Shown one piece after another: positions 41,780 through 55,474 of a DNA stretch of 64,000 nucleotides (within the stretch, counting starts at the first letter, position 1; each line of letters opens with the position of its first letter). Below the pieces are notes generated by a model. That model saw only the letters and a program-made list of their open reading frames with translations, was not told the origin of the DNA and did not search any database. A program made the position numbers and the translations under genes. Source of the DNA: Octopus vulgaris (taxonomy: Eukaryota); NCBI GenBank assembly GCA_951406725.2, contig OX597824.1, positions 78,182,001-78,246,000 on the forward strand, written 5' to 3'.

Positions 41780-42629
41780 AAGTGTTGTAGTAATAATAAT
41801 AACATTTTAGTTCGTCTGTCTTTACGTTCTTAGTTCAAATTCCGCCGAGGTCGACTTTGCCTTTCATCCTTTCGGGGTCGATAAACTAAGTATCAGTTGC
41901 ATACCGGGATCGATGTAATCGACTGGCCCCTTCCCCTACAATTTTGGGCTTTTTGCCCAGAGAGTAGAAAAGAATAATAATAACATTTTTACCAAGGTAC
42001 ATAATCAGACTGACAATTTTAAGTTTCCAGTCGCAGCCATGTCATTGCATCGAAGTGCATTTCAATTAGAATAGCCTACAGGGTATTTTCTAGTCAGATT
42101 ATTAAATATAATAAACGTTATTGATTTATTCATAGAGTCAAACAATCATCGAAGCATGTGGTTACCAGTATGAATTATTAAAATTTCCATTGATGCCTTG
42201 GTCAACGTAATAATTTATTAAATGCTGGGTGTTATTTTAAGCAACTAAACCCACGACGCATTTAGTAATTCTTAGCTATTAATAAGTATTTATCGACTTG
42301 CTTTGTTTGAAGTGTAAGTCTCTTGTCAGTGTTCGGGTCTTTATCTCCCTTTGTGTTTGTGTCACCACCTATACTTTCGATATAGCTGGTTTGGGGCGTT
42401 TTGAAGTATGCTCTTGAGAAGCAAGTTTGATCATTCGGATCAGGGTTCCTCAACCATTATTTCTCTATAGACCTATTTGATTATTATTTTATTCTGGTGG
42501 ACCCTCCGCCACCCCATAGCCATTCGATGTTAAAAATCTTGTTTTAAAGAAATCTCTTTCAAAATTATTATTTTGTTTTTCACACATTTACTTCTGAAAG
42601 TTGAACTATGAAAATTGTTAGAGAAACAT

Positions 42630-43040
42630 AAGCGCAGGAGTGGTTGTGTTGTAAGTAGCTTCCTTACGAACAACATGATTCCGGGTTCAGTCCCACTGCG
42701 TGGCACCTTGGGCAGATGTCTTCTATTATAACCTCGGGCCGACCAAGGCCTTATGAGTAGATTTGGTAGACGGAAACTGAAAGAAGCCCGTCGTATATAT
42801 GCATATATATGTATGTGTGTATATGTTTGTGTGTCTGTGTTTGTCCCCCCCCCCCCAACATCGCTTGACAACCGAGGTTGGTGTGTTTAAGATCTCGTAA
42901 CTTAGCGGTTCGGCAAAAGAGACTGATAGAATAAGTACTTGGCTTAATAAAGAATAAGTCCTGGGGTCGATTTGCTCGACTAAAGATGGGGCTCCAGTAT
43001 TGCCGCAGTCAAAAGACTGGAACACGTAAAAGTGTAAAAG
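42630..43040 (+). mobile_element. SINE family B
   Basis: Full-length match to 26351-26829. Confidence 0.9.
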
Positions 43041-43336
43041 AGAGAAAACAAACCTAGCTGTTCCTTACAATACATGCCGATTCATACATCCAAAGCAAAT
43101 ATTTCTCTGTGACTCTTTAAATACTTCCGTGGATTTCCAATTTACTATTCCGTTCTGCGAACCTCCAAACATATTATATGGACCGTCAGGAGCAATATGG
43201 ACCTTGGTTCAGAACCACTGATTTAGATGGTCATATGCAGTTATATGAGAAACACGTGTTAACCAGTGGTGTGATTAACACGCGTGATTTTTTTTCTTTA
43301 CGCTGTTCATAATTCATTTGGTATATTGTTTACTGG

Positions 43337-43571
43337 AAGGCGGTGAGCTGGCTGAAACGTTAGCACGCCGGGCGAAATGCGTAGCCGTATTTCGTTTGCC
43401 GTTACGTTTTGAGTTCGAATACCGCCGAGGTCGACTTTGCTTGTCATCCTTTCAGGGTCGATAAATTAAGTACCAGTTACGCACTTGGGTCGATGTAATC
43501 GGCTTAATCCGTTCGTCTGTCCTTGTTTGTCTCCTCTGTGTTTAGCCCCGTGTGGGTAGTAATGAAATAGG
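43337..43571 (+). mobile_element. SINE family D monomer
   Basis: TSD GGTATATT(G/T)TTTACTG at 43320-43335 and 43570-43585. Confidence 0.9.
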
Positions 43572-43675
43572 TATATTTTTTACTGACCGTTTCTATTCAT
43601 TTAATTCCATTTTAGTAATATTCAAGATGTAAGTTTACTGTTCAGTAGTTCTTGCCTGTTTATTTCTTTCATTAG

Positions 43676-44058
43676 TGGAGGCGCAATGGCCCAGTGGTTA
43701 GGGCAGCGGACTCGTGGTCATAGGATCGCGGCTTCGATTCCCAGACCGGGCGTTGTGAGTGTTTATTGAGCGAAAACACCTAAAGCTCCACGAGGCTCCG
43801 GCAGGGGATGGTGGTGATCCCTGCTGTACTCTTTCCCCACAACTTTCTCTCACTCTTACTTCCTGTTTCTGTTGTACCTGTATTTCAAAGGGCCGGCCTT
43901 GTCACTCTCTGTGTCACGCTGAATATCCCCGAGAACTACGTTAAGGGTGCACGTGTCTGTGGAGTGCTCAGCCACTTACACGTTAATTTCACGAGCAGGC
44001 TGTTCCGTTGGTCGGATCAACCGGAACCCTCATCGTCGTAACCGACGGAGTGCTTCCA
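43676..44058 (+). mobile_element. SINE family A, full length
   Basis: 26-bp TSD AGTTC(T/C)TGCCTGTTTATTTCTTTCAT at 43647-43672 and 44062-44087. Confidence 0.92.
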
Positions 44059-44309
44059 CACAGTTCCTGCCTGTTTATTTCTTTCATGAAATTTTGTTTG
44101 TTTAATGTTTCTGTAACCTTTTAATTTGTTTCAGCATGATAACTTTTAGGCTTTGTTTTGGGTGGTGGACATCCACATATTTCACATATGTATATATATA
44201 TATATAAATTTATAAATGAGGGTGAAAAATTGATATTAATTTAATAATACCATTTATTTAACACCGAGTGGCTTAGCACAAAAAACTACGGAAAAATACA
44301 AATTTATAC

Positions 44310-44497
44310 ATAAATTATAAGAGAGTTAACCACTATGTGGATAACTCTAGTGCTAAAAATACTATTTATTCGTTATATTTCACTTTCCTTCCGTTAAATG
44401 TATGTTATTTCTAATTGGAAACATCTTTTTCTGTGGCTGTACTATCGGGGCTATTTTTAGCACTAAAGTTATCCACATAGTGGTTAACTCTCTAATA

Positions 44498-44502
<5 letters not shown>
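44310..44502. repeat. fold-back element in (TA)n
   Basis: GAGAGTTAACCACTATGTGGATAACT.TAGTGCTAAAAATA and its inverse. Confidence 0.85.
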
Positions 44503-44547
<45 letters not shown>

Positions 44548-45509
44548 TGCGCTAGAATCGCTGAGAATTGCAACACGTGCGTTAGCAAGATGACGTGAAG
44601 TTGGTTCGTGATTTTTCTTTACGTTGATTGGAATTTAATTAGTTTGTTGCTTAATTAACGCTAGTGCAATTGTCTTTTATCGTTCTGTTTGTTCCGCCTT
44701 TGTAGCCATTTAAAACATAAGTATAGTGTAGCAATTGTCAGTTTATACTTTTTATTTAAATTCCTTTATTAATCAGTACGCAAATGTTTTGTTTGTCCTT
44801 TAATTTCAATTATCGTAATGAATTATCCTTTTGTATTTCAGGCATAAAATTATTTTTATATCGATGTTGGTTTGGATATATGCATATGTTATGTACTGTG
44901 GATTCTGTCCTATTATAAGTGCATGTGTGTGGTGTTTATTTTATTATCTTGCTAATTCTGGGAAGAGCTCAAATATTGTTTTGGTTCTGTCGACACCATT
45001 GGTTTGAATAGTACACCTAGGGGTCGAAACCACAATGATTTTAAATAAGGCAGCTGATGAAGAAATCGCCACGTTAATTCAGGTTAAAGATTCTGTTATT
45101 GCGATGTTTATGTAGTTGTCTGTAAGTTCCCCTTTGTGGTTCGTCATTGAGTGTGTTCCCCCACGCATCCATTGTCTTTTCATGATTCATTCTTGAGAGT
45201 CTTGCACCGTATGTAGATCGCATCACCCATTATATGAGTTCCCTGTAGCTTAAGATTCTCATATTGTCTAGTATCAGACTGAAAATAGATCTATTTTTTC
45301 TGTTGTGATTTCATTTCAGGTTAAGGTCTTTTTTTAGGGTTTTACATTTAATTCGATCCAGAAGGTAGCTTATATTCACTGAAGCGGCTAGGGGTGTATT
45401 TCAGAAAAGCCGGTATCTTGAATATGATTGTCAGACACATTGTGACACGTGACACGAAGCTTTGAATTAACGTATGATTCCATAGTTTCTGGTTTATCTG
45501 ATACGCGTG

Positions 45510-45591
<82 letters not shown>

Positions 45592-45619
45592 TATTGAATT
45601 TCTAAATGCCTCAGAAAGA

Positions 45620-45860
45620 CATAAGCGGTGGTGGAGCGATATAGTGGTCGTATACTGTCAACTCAATGTGACAGTCCCGTGAGGGAATTACACCACCGCC
45701 ATTTAGCCCCAGGAAACATCGACGTCTCCTGTCAGCTTTGACACATTTTCTGTGTCCTTATATTTGCATAGGGGAGGCAATCATCCCCCACCTGCTGGGA
45801 CTAAGCACCTGAAGACATGTTTCTGAGTCTATTTCTCGTCGTCAGTTATACCAGTGTTCA
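45620..45860 (-). mobile_element. PLE terminal-repeat copy with a hammerhead at about 45810-45850
   Basis: Minus strand: TAA-CTGACGA-CGAG aaataga CTCA-GAAAC-AT-GTC-TT. Shares TTTAGCCCCAGGA with 46675. Confidence 0.65.
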
Positions 45861-45887
45861 GTGAAACCTAAATATATTAGTTTTGCA

Positions 45888-45975
<88 letters not shown>

Positions 45976-46432
45976 TATTTAAAATATTTAGGAATGAGTA
46001 AAGGAAGAAAATGGAGAAATTGACAAGCAGCAATAAGTTTATTCAAAGATATTCAAATCCATATAGTGAAATTCCTGTCCTACAGCCGTTTCTACATCCG
46101 TTTAGTTCGATTACATCAATCAAATTAAATTATTTTTCTCGAAGCGGAATTACATATCAACGTGACTCAGATGTGTGACATCTTAGTCTGTCGTTGGTCA
46201 ACCGACATGTTGAAATGTAACTCCCTTTTGGGAAAATTCTCACCCGATGAAATACCCAATTGACCAGTTTCAATATGAAAATTAATTTAGTTTCTGCAAA
46301 GACGATCTGCGTCTCGACTGAAGAGTTAAAGCTTCAAATGGCCTGTCCTTGTTTTTTTCTGTCCTTTTTGTATCACCTACTGTCCGAATATTTTGTTGTC
46401 GCCTGTTACGTTCTTGCTACATTTTTTTTTTA

Positions 46433-46477
<45 letters not shown>

Positions 46478-46496
46478 TGTGTGTGTGTGTGTGTGC

Positions 46497-46545
<49 letters not shown>

Positions 46546-46567
46546 TGGTATAAATAATATATATATA

Positions 46568-46928
46568 GCAATAATAAATCTTTGAACGAGATGTAAACAA
46601 TAACCGCTCGACAACGTAAAGTATACTAGCCATCTCAATATGGCTAACCACTAAGGGTGGGTGTTACTATAGCTTTTAGCCCCAGGAGATCATCGTCTCC
46701 AGCTGGCTTTTGACACACTTATGGTATTTGCAAAGGGAGGTCATCCCTCTCTCGTAAACCTAAGTGATACGCACGGACTGCAGTTTCGAGGTATTTGCCT
46801 CTTGTCAACGTAAGGCAATCACCGGTTTTCGATGAAGGGAGACCTGTTTTCAAATACTCATTGTTTTTCCCAGTAACTTCTGTCACTGATTCCGAAAAAC
46901 TGTCTGCAAGCAATAATAAATCTCTGAA

Positions 46929-46931
<3 letters not shown>
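46568..46931 (-). mobile_element. non-coding hammerhead element with 22-bp direct terminal repeats, in (TA)n
   Basis: GCAATAATAAATCT(T/C)TGAACGA at both ends. HHR at 46772-46812: TACG-TTGACAA-GAGG caaata CCTC-GAAAC-TGCA-GTC-CGTG. Confidence 0.8.
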
Positions 46932-46979
<48 letters not shown>

Positions 46980-47156
46980 GAGAGAGAGAGAGAGAGGTTA
47001 TGAGAAGTAATGGTGTCAATAAGACCCAAAGGTGTCAGGTAATGCTAAGTAAGTGCTATGGATAGACCATAGTTAAGCTCCAGGTTCTGTGATTATGCGA
47101 ATAAGGAGTCCAACGTAGGTCATATATCAGCATGTGCATATATAATTTTCTTTTTC

Positions 47157-47422
47157 TTTCAGAATGAGATAAAAAAAACCCAAGTGTGTGAAGATCTTAG
47201 AAGATTTATAAATATGTCTTACAGCTGTTTGCGGGATATTTATTATATCCCTTCATCGAAGACGGTGTGAGAAAATGGTTAGGCAATAAACTATTGATTA
47301 ACCATTTTCTCACACCGTCTCCGATGAAGGGATATAATAAATATCCTGGAAACAGCTGTAAGACCTATTTATAAATGTTCTAAAATCTTCACAGCCTTGG
47401 TTTTTTTTATCTCATCCTGAAA
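47157..47422. mobile_element. fold-back element with a hammerhead in each arm
   Basis: 47317-47364 (+): GTCT-CCGATGA-A-GGGATAT..ATATCCT-G-GAAAC-AGCT-GTA-AGAC; decayed inverse at 47216-47263. Confidence 0.82.
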
Positions 47423-47457
47423 CAAAATTTTGTTCACATATACATACACACACACAC

Positions 47458-47519
<62 letters not shown>

Positions 47520-48187
47520 TCATAGAAACACGCTCGTTCACACACACATACACCATTCGAATATATACACTAAGCAGCTATACAAACGCATACACATGCA
47601 CATACGCGCTCCTTTACGAATGCAGGCCTTCCCACGCAAACAACACACTTTCACATACAAACATACAAAGATACACACTTCTTCATATCCACACATATCC
47701 ACAGGTACATATACACACGCAATATACTTATACACCTCAGCTAATACCCACCCACAAAGAAACATTAATAAATCGATAAGGAAAATTCTTTAAAATATTG
47801 TTATTCAATGTTAATTAATAAGAAAATATTCCTAAGTGTTTGTACAAGTCTTTCCTGTGGAGGTGTGTTGATCTGTGTACATGTACATACATACATACAT
47901 ACGTATACATGTGTGTGCGTGTGCGTGGATGCGTGGGTTTGTGTATGTGTATGTGCGTGGGTGTAGAGATGAGTAATTGAGGGTGTGCTTTTGTTGTCTT
48001 GAATAGTTTAATTCAATATGCGAGCAGTTCTATTTGTATAGGTGTGTATATGCGTGGTGATGTGGAGGTATGTTTCTCTGGGCGAGAAACACACATACTC
48101 GCCATTACTATGTAATTGTGTAGGTGTGTTTGCGTATGTATGCGCGTGTATTTCCCCAGACGTAGTCGTGGGTATCTGTAACTGTGA

Positions 48188-48230
<43 letters not shown>

Positions 48231-49127
48231 TAGATAGATAGATAGATAGATATAGATAGATATATAGATAGATAGACAGATAGGTAGATAGATGGATAAA
48301 TAGATAGATAGAGATAGATTATATATATATGTATGTATATATATGTGTGTGTGTATAAATATATATATATATATATAATTGTGTATATATATATGTGTGT
48401 GTCTATTATGTATATATATATATATATACACATTTAAACATATATATATATATTTGTATATGTGTGTTTGTGTGTGTGTGTGTGTGTCTCTGTGTGTCTC
48501 TGTGTGTGTGTGTGTGTGTGTGTATGTGTGTGTGTGTGAGTGAGTACATATATGAGTTCATTGTGGATTTGTGAAGATACGTTTATGTTTGTGTGTGAGG
48601 TTATATGTAAAGGATGAATGTGTGTCATTTTGTGCTTATGTCTATCTGTGTGTGTGTGAGTGTGTGTATTTGTATGCTTTTGCTAATGAAAAGTTACGTA
48701 TGTATATGTGTACATGTCTATGTAGCTACATGTGTCTGAATTTGTTCATACCACTGTAGTTGTGCATATTAATGTATTTCTATGTGTGTGTGTGTATGTG
48801 TGAGTGTCTGCGCGCATGTGTGTCTGCTCTTTTAAGTAGATTTTTGCGCGGCTGCTTTTCTTCATAATTTTTAATCTGCACTTTATACATCGAGATGTGT
48901 GCACATGTGTGTGCGTGTGTGTGGCTATAGTTGCGCATTTGTGTGCATAAACAGTGTGTGCAGGCTTTGTTTAAACATGATTTTGGTGTGTAGCTGGATA
49001 TGAAACGGTTTCGCGCAACCGTTGCGGAGCCGCTATGTGGGGTAGCTGATTCGATGATGACTCATTGAAATAAGACGTTTTAATGTTTCGCTCGTTCCTA
49101 CTCTCACTCACTCTCTCCTTTCTTTCT

Positions 49128-49208
<81 letters not shown>

Positions 49209-49372
49209 TATGTATCATCTTTTTCTCTCCTTGATTTTTTTCTGTGTCCCTTTCTATAGAAGAGCGTAGGCACGAAACATAAAAGACTTTTTCAATTCCT
49301 GAGCGTTATACTAATACATCTGTTTGTTTTCTACACCACCTGTCTTCGTCTTTTGTTTTTTTCGTGAACTCT

Positions 49373-49433
<61 letters not shown>

Positions 49434-49646
49434 AAGTAGATAAATGGTACAACAAGGCACCAATATTTTACCCTTATGGGGCTATCCTTTACTGGAAAGT
49501 AGGAAAGTAATACATTTGTATTGCATATATATATTCTACCTTTATCGACTGCAGCACTCCCCCAAAAGTTCGGGCCTTGTGCCTAGAGTAGAAAAGGATA
49601 TAGTTTTTATATAGAAGTTTGAAAATGCAATTTTAAAAGGTGTTTA

Positions 49647-49694
49647 TTTACTTGACTAGTTTCACTTTTTTAGAAAAAGATTGTCAAAAGTAAA
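49647..49694 (-). ncRNA. minimal hammerhead, U3-A8 core variant
   Basis: TTTACTT-TTGACAA-TCTTTTT cta AAAAAGT-GAAAC-TA-GTC-AAGTAAA; perfect 7-bp stem I. Confidence 0.7.
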
Positions 49695-49868
49695 ATGTAA
49701 AAGCTTTGTTGTGTTAAGTACTGGTTGTCACAAAATATTGCAATACATATATACATTCTTTGATAATAATAAGAACATGTTAAAACCAGTTTACAAGGAA
49801 AAAATCTTGAGAAAATATTAAAAAGTTCATTGAAAATATATACATTCTTTGATAATAATAATGATAGA

Positions 49869-49948
<80 letters not shown>

Positions 49949-50136
49949 GAAGAAGAAGAAGAAGAAGAAGAAGAAGAAGAAGAAGAAGAAGAAGAAGAAT
50001 ATTAAAACAGTTTACAAGGAAATATCTTGAGAAAATATTAAAAAAGTTCATTGAAAATATTAGGATTTCATTAAAAATCATGTTTGTTTGGAGATATCTA
50101 TATATATACACACAGAAAATTATAAGTTCAGAAAGG

Positions 50137-50210
<74 letters not shown>

Positions 50211-50830
50211 GGAGATATATTTAGGAGTTTACAAAGAATTTGTGATAAACTGACCTATTTTACCTTTTTTCGGTTTGTGTGAAGCTAAATAAAAACTGAT
50301 TACTATTTTACGGGATAGTGTGGGAGGTAGGTTTGGGGGGAAAGAGGGGCAATGTGGGATTGAAAGTAAATTTTTGTTGTTTCTCTTTAGTCTTTCACGG
50401 TTCAGTGGTCTTGGGGACTAGCCTGAGAGGTCAGAATGGTGTGAGTGTGTGTGTGTCTGTGTGTGTATACATGTGTTTGTGTTTCTGTGTGGGGGCTGTT
50501 TTTGATTGGTCCCAGGTTTTATTGTAATGTATGTAGTGTGTCTGAGTGTGTTTAACATTTGGTAGGATGGTGTGTGTATATGTGCGCACGTTTGTGTGTG
50601 TGTATGTGTGTGATTAATATTTGTTAGGGTGTTGTATGTACGCAAGTGTGTGTATGTGCTTGTTCGGGTGTATGTATATGTGCGTTTGTGGGTGCGTGTG
50701 CATGTTTTAAAACTTTGAGTGCTCACAATTTTTTACGAAGCTAATTATTGTTTCTGAAATTGCTTCCTCGTATTCATATCCACAAGCATAACCCGATAGC
50801 CAATATTTTGTAGACTTCGTCTTCAGCATT

Positions 50831-51432
50831 ACTCTCTTACTCTCTTTTACTAATTTACTTGTTTAAGTCATTTGACTGTGGCCATGCTGGAGCACCGCAT
50901 TTAGTTGAGGAAATCGACCCCAGGACCAATCCTTTGTGAGCCTACTATTTACAACGTTCTACGCTAGTGTGTTTACGTCCCCGCTAAGTTACGGGGACGT
51001 AAACACACCAGCATCAGTTGTCAAGCTATGTGGAGGGGACAAGAACAGACACACAAACATATACACACACACATATATATACATATAAATACGACGGGCT
51101 TCTTTCAGATTCCGTCTACCAAATCCACTTACAAGGCTTTGGTCGACACGATGCTATAGTAGAAGACACTTGCCCAAGTGCTACGCAGTGGGACTGAACC
51201 CGGAACCATGATCATAAGTTACTATTTATGACATTTATAAATCCTCTTGCTTTCAAATGCATGGCTTGAGAACCGATGCTGGTGTGTTTACGTCCCGGTA
51301 ACTTAGCGGTTCGGCAAGAGAGCACAATAGAATAAGTACTAGGCTTCCAAGTATAAATCGTGGGATCGATGTGCTCGACTAAAGGCGGAGCTCCAGCATG
51401 GCCGCAGTCAAATGACTGAAACAAGTAAAAGA
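50831..51432. mobile_element. inverted pair of SINE B copies (50831-51210 minus, 51271-51432 plus)
   Basis: Shared tail sequence in opposite orientations. Confidence 0.85.
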
Positions 51433-52272
51433 CAATGTGTGTTTGTATGTATAGGTGTATGTATGTATACATGCTTGTAGGTATATGTATATATGTATGT
51501 ATGTATGTGTGAATGAATGTATGCCTATATATATGTATGTTCGTATGTATATGTATGTATATATGCATGTATGTACTTATGTAGTGCGTGTGTGTGTGTC
51601 TTTATGTTTCGTAGCGGGAATCGAGGTAATTGTATTTATGAGCGTGTAGGAGTGTATTGTTGTGTGTGCGTGTGTGTGTGTATGTGTACATGTGTGTGTG
51701 TGTGCTTGGGTACTGGGTATAGAGATAATTCTATGCATGTGAGCGTGTAGGAGTGTATGTATTTGGTTGTATGTAGTTGCCGGTGACATTATATGTGTGT
51801 GAGTAACAGTGTAGTGCGTTTGTGTGTGTATGAGTATTTGTGTGCGTGTGTGGGAGAGTACGCGTTCATGTGTGTGTTTGCGTGTGTATGTGTGTGTGTA
51901 TGAGTGTGTGTCTGTATACATTAGACGTGTGGATGAGTCAGGTGTAAGAGGACTGACATCTTACAGCTAGATGTGTGTTAACAATGCTTGTGCCATGAAT
52001 GTGTGTGTGTGTGCGTACGTGTATCTGTGTGCGTGTGTGTGCGTACGTGTATCTGTGTGCGTGTGTGTGTGTGTTTTGTTTTCTATGTTTAACAGTGTAT
52101 GTATGTATGTCCATTTACTTTATAGATGCTCTTTAGACGTGATGAAGGATCACAGACTATACAAGCCTGTCAGAATGTGTGATTCAGTTCCGTTATATGT
52201 CTCTCCCACTCTCTTTCTCTCTCTCTCTCCCTCACTCTGTTACTCTCTCTCTCTCTATATATATATATAAAT

Positions 52273-52445
52273 ATAATAAGGGTTTATTGCAACAAGTTGC
52301 TTAAACCACATACCGAAAATATTAGAAATAGCAGCCAAAAGACTACTTTTTCCTTTTACTACAAGGAAATGTTAGTCTTTTGGCTGCTATTTCTAATATT
52401 TTCGGTATGTGGTTTAAGCAACTTGTTGCAAAAATCCCTTATTAT
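52273..52445. repeat. near-perfect fold-back in (TA)n
   Basis: TGCAACAAGTTGCTTAAACCACATACCGAAAATATTAGAAATAGCAGCCAAAAGACTA and its exact inverse. Confidence 0.9.
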
Positions 52446-52769
52446 TATAATTATATAAATTTTTACCGAATATGGTCCTTTTCCATACCGAAATACTACT
52501 AGGTGAAATTTGTTGATTTTACTAAATTAATTATATTTCCCCCTATATCTGTAATGACTATATATATATATACTCTTTTACTCTTATTCTTGGACAGACA
52601 AAGGGATTAAGTCGATTACATCGACCACAGTGCGTAACTGGTACTTAATATATCGCCCCCGATAAATCTATCGCCCTATGATCAAATATATATATATATA
52701 CATATATATGATCATAGGTCTGTTAGTCAGCGGTAAACGACCTGGGGTTAGAAAACAATAAGAAAAATA

Positions 52770-52946
52770 TGCGCAGGTGTGGCTGTATAATAAGTAGCTT
52801 GCTTACTAACCACATCGTTCCGGGTTCAGTCCCACTGTGTGGCACCTTGGGCAAGTATCTTCTACTATAGCTTCGGGGCGACCAAAGCCTTGTGAGTGGA
52901 TTTGGTAGACGGAAACTGGAAGAAGCCTGTCGTATATATGTATATA

Positions 52947-52977
<31 letters not shown>

Positions 52978-53193
52978 TTATGTGTGTGTGTGTGTGTGAG
53001 TGTGTGTGTATGTTTGTGTGTCTGTGTTTGTCCCCCAACATCGCTTGACAACCTATGCTGGTGTGTTTACGCCCCGGTAACATAGCGGTTCGGCAAAAGA
53101 GAACGTTAGAATAAGTACTAGCCTTACAAAGAATAAATCCTGGGGTCGATTTGTTCGACTAAAGGCGGTGCTCCATCATGGCCGCAGTCAAAT
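52770..53193 (+). mobile_element. SINE family B
   Basis: Near full-length match to the other family B copies. Confidence 0.9.
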
Positions 53194-53230
53194 GTGCATT
53201 ATCGTCTTGGAAGATGGCACTACCATCAGG

Positions 53231-53633
53231 AAAATGAACTACTAAAGCGTGTCAAGCGACTAAAAATCTTAAAAGAATTTTTAAAATATATCAATCTACT
53301 AAAAAAATTTTTTTTTTATATGTCAAGAAAGTCTGTGAACGACTAATTGTCGAGATTCATGTTCATCCTGATAAGGGAGTCATTGCCGAGATGCACTTTA
53401 ACTCGTAATCGCACAGCGGCAGTGATCCCCCGAAATGGCCATTGATGCGTTTTTACTTGATTTTATGGAGTTCGCTTACGCTCCTTGGACTTCAACCTAC
53501 CATTGTTTTTATGAAACAAATCATTTTGCCATATTTTTAATTGAGGGGAGTAAAAACTTTTTTTAGTCGATTGATATATTTTTTATTTATTTTTATATTT
53601 TTAGTCGCATGACACGCTTTCGTAATTCATTTT
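53231..53633. mobile_element. fold-back element enclosing a hammerhead at 53364-53447
   Basis: Arms AAAATGAA.TAC.AAAGCGTGTCA.GCGACTAAAAAT. HHR: CATC-CTGATAA-GGGAGTCATTGCCG...CGGCAGTGATCCCCC-GAAAT-GGCC-ATT-GATG. Confidence 0.8.
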
Positions 53634-53858
53634 GATTACTTATATTTAGTTGATTTTATATATCTTTCCTTGATAAGTCGTTCTATATATTTTGTGTTTT
53701 TAAGTGCATATCTATTTTTTACCATCTGTTCTTTTATGTATGCATTTCTTTTATATGTTGAAGGTCATGGTAATGTTTATATATGATCAATTGTATGGAA
53801 GCGTGGTGTTATATAGAGTCGCTGACACGAATTTGATGTTTGTTCTCTTATCAATGTT

Positions 53859-53915
<57 letters not shown>

Positions 53916-53932
53916 GTGAGTGTGTGTGTGTA

Positions 53933-54814
53933 GATGGTGCGGTGAATAGACTAAATTACGCAAAAATGAAAATAACACTGACATCACATTTTAACAGATA
54001 CGTTTATCAAAATTACGTTAAAATATCTTGAAATACTAAAGAGTTAATTTATTCAATAATAACGCCATTGGCATCAACCACGGCCTCCAGACGACTTCAG
54101 AATTTCCTCCAACTCGTCTTGCCGGTCTCCTTGTTTAAGTTGGTGAATACTGTCGTTGCCCTTGCCTTCGGTTCATTTTTGGTGTTACAAAGAGTTGTGT
54201 TGCTCTCTCGCTCAACTCTGCTCCACACATAATAATCAATGGGGTTGCAGTCTGGAGAGTTATGTGGGTGGATGTTAGGGATGATATGGTCGCAGAAATT
54301 GTCAAACACCCATGACTGAGTTCTCCTGCTTGTGTGGCATGGTGCACAGTCATGTTGCAAGACGTAGGATCTTTCGGCAGATACCCTCTTCACCGAAGGC
54401 AGCACTATCTTCTCCAAGTACTTCATACAGGCCTCCGTGTTGAGTTTGAGGCCATGTGGGAAGATGAATGGAGGCATAACGCCGCCATCACTAGTGATCA
54501 CTCCAAGCACCATGATGTTGACAGGATGTTTGATTTTTATCTCTCTCGGTATATGTCCTCAGATTGCACTGTCCTCATATTGACACCCGAAAATCTGAAA
54601 CATTCGTACTGGAGCTTCCGGTGCGAATGCTAAGCAGAACAGCATGTCGCTTCCAAATCTCTGGCACAGTCAATTGCGTCATGGAGCTGTTTATCTCACA
54701 GATGGTGCCCAACGGACCCTACAATATTGTGTAGCCGACAAAATCAAAAACAAACAATACGCATGTGCGTTAAATCAAAAAATATAATGGCGATAATTTA
54801 CCCATTGCACTATG
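53933..54814 (-). mobile_element. internally deleted DD37D (maT) transposon
   Basis: ORF 54097-54513 contains QHDCAPCH...NSPDCNPIDYYVW with 37 residues between the two Asp residues. Confidence 0.88.
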
Positions 54815-54846
<32 letters not shown>

Positions 54847-54882
54847 TGTATGTATGTTTGTATGGACAGACAGACAGACAGA

Positions 54883-55283
54883 TACTCTTTTACTAGCTTC
54901 AGTCATTTGACTACGGCCATGCTGGAGCACCACCTTTAGCAAATCGACTCCTGGACTTGTTCTTTGGAAGCCTAGTACTTATTTTATCGGTCTGTTTTAC
55001 CGAACCGCTGAGTTACGGGGATGCAAACAAACCAGCTTCGGTTGTCAAGCGATGTTGGGGGGAGGGACAAACGCAGACACACAAACACACACACACATAT
55101 ATATACATATACATATATACGACGGGCTTCTTTGAATCTCTGTCTACCAAATCCATTCACAAGGCTTTGGTCGGCCCGAGGCTATAGTAGAAGTCACTTG
55201 CGCAAGGTGCCACGCAGTGGGACTGAACCCAGAACCATGTGATTGGTAAGCAAGCTACTTACCACACAGCCACTCCTGCGCCT
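54883..55283 (-). mobile_element. SINE family B
   Basis: Full-length match to the other family B copies. Confidence 0.9.
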
Positions 55284-55288
55284 GAAAA

Positions 55289-55340
<52 letters not shown>

Positions 55341-55377
55341 ATAGATAAATAGCTAGCTAGCTAGCTAGCTAGCTAGC

Positions 55378-55474
<97 letters not shown>

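Noticed and set aside
49250-49285. GAAGAGCGTAGGCACGAAACATAAAAG hammerhead-like remnant
   Set aside because: The core and stem III are too degenerate to call.
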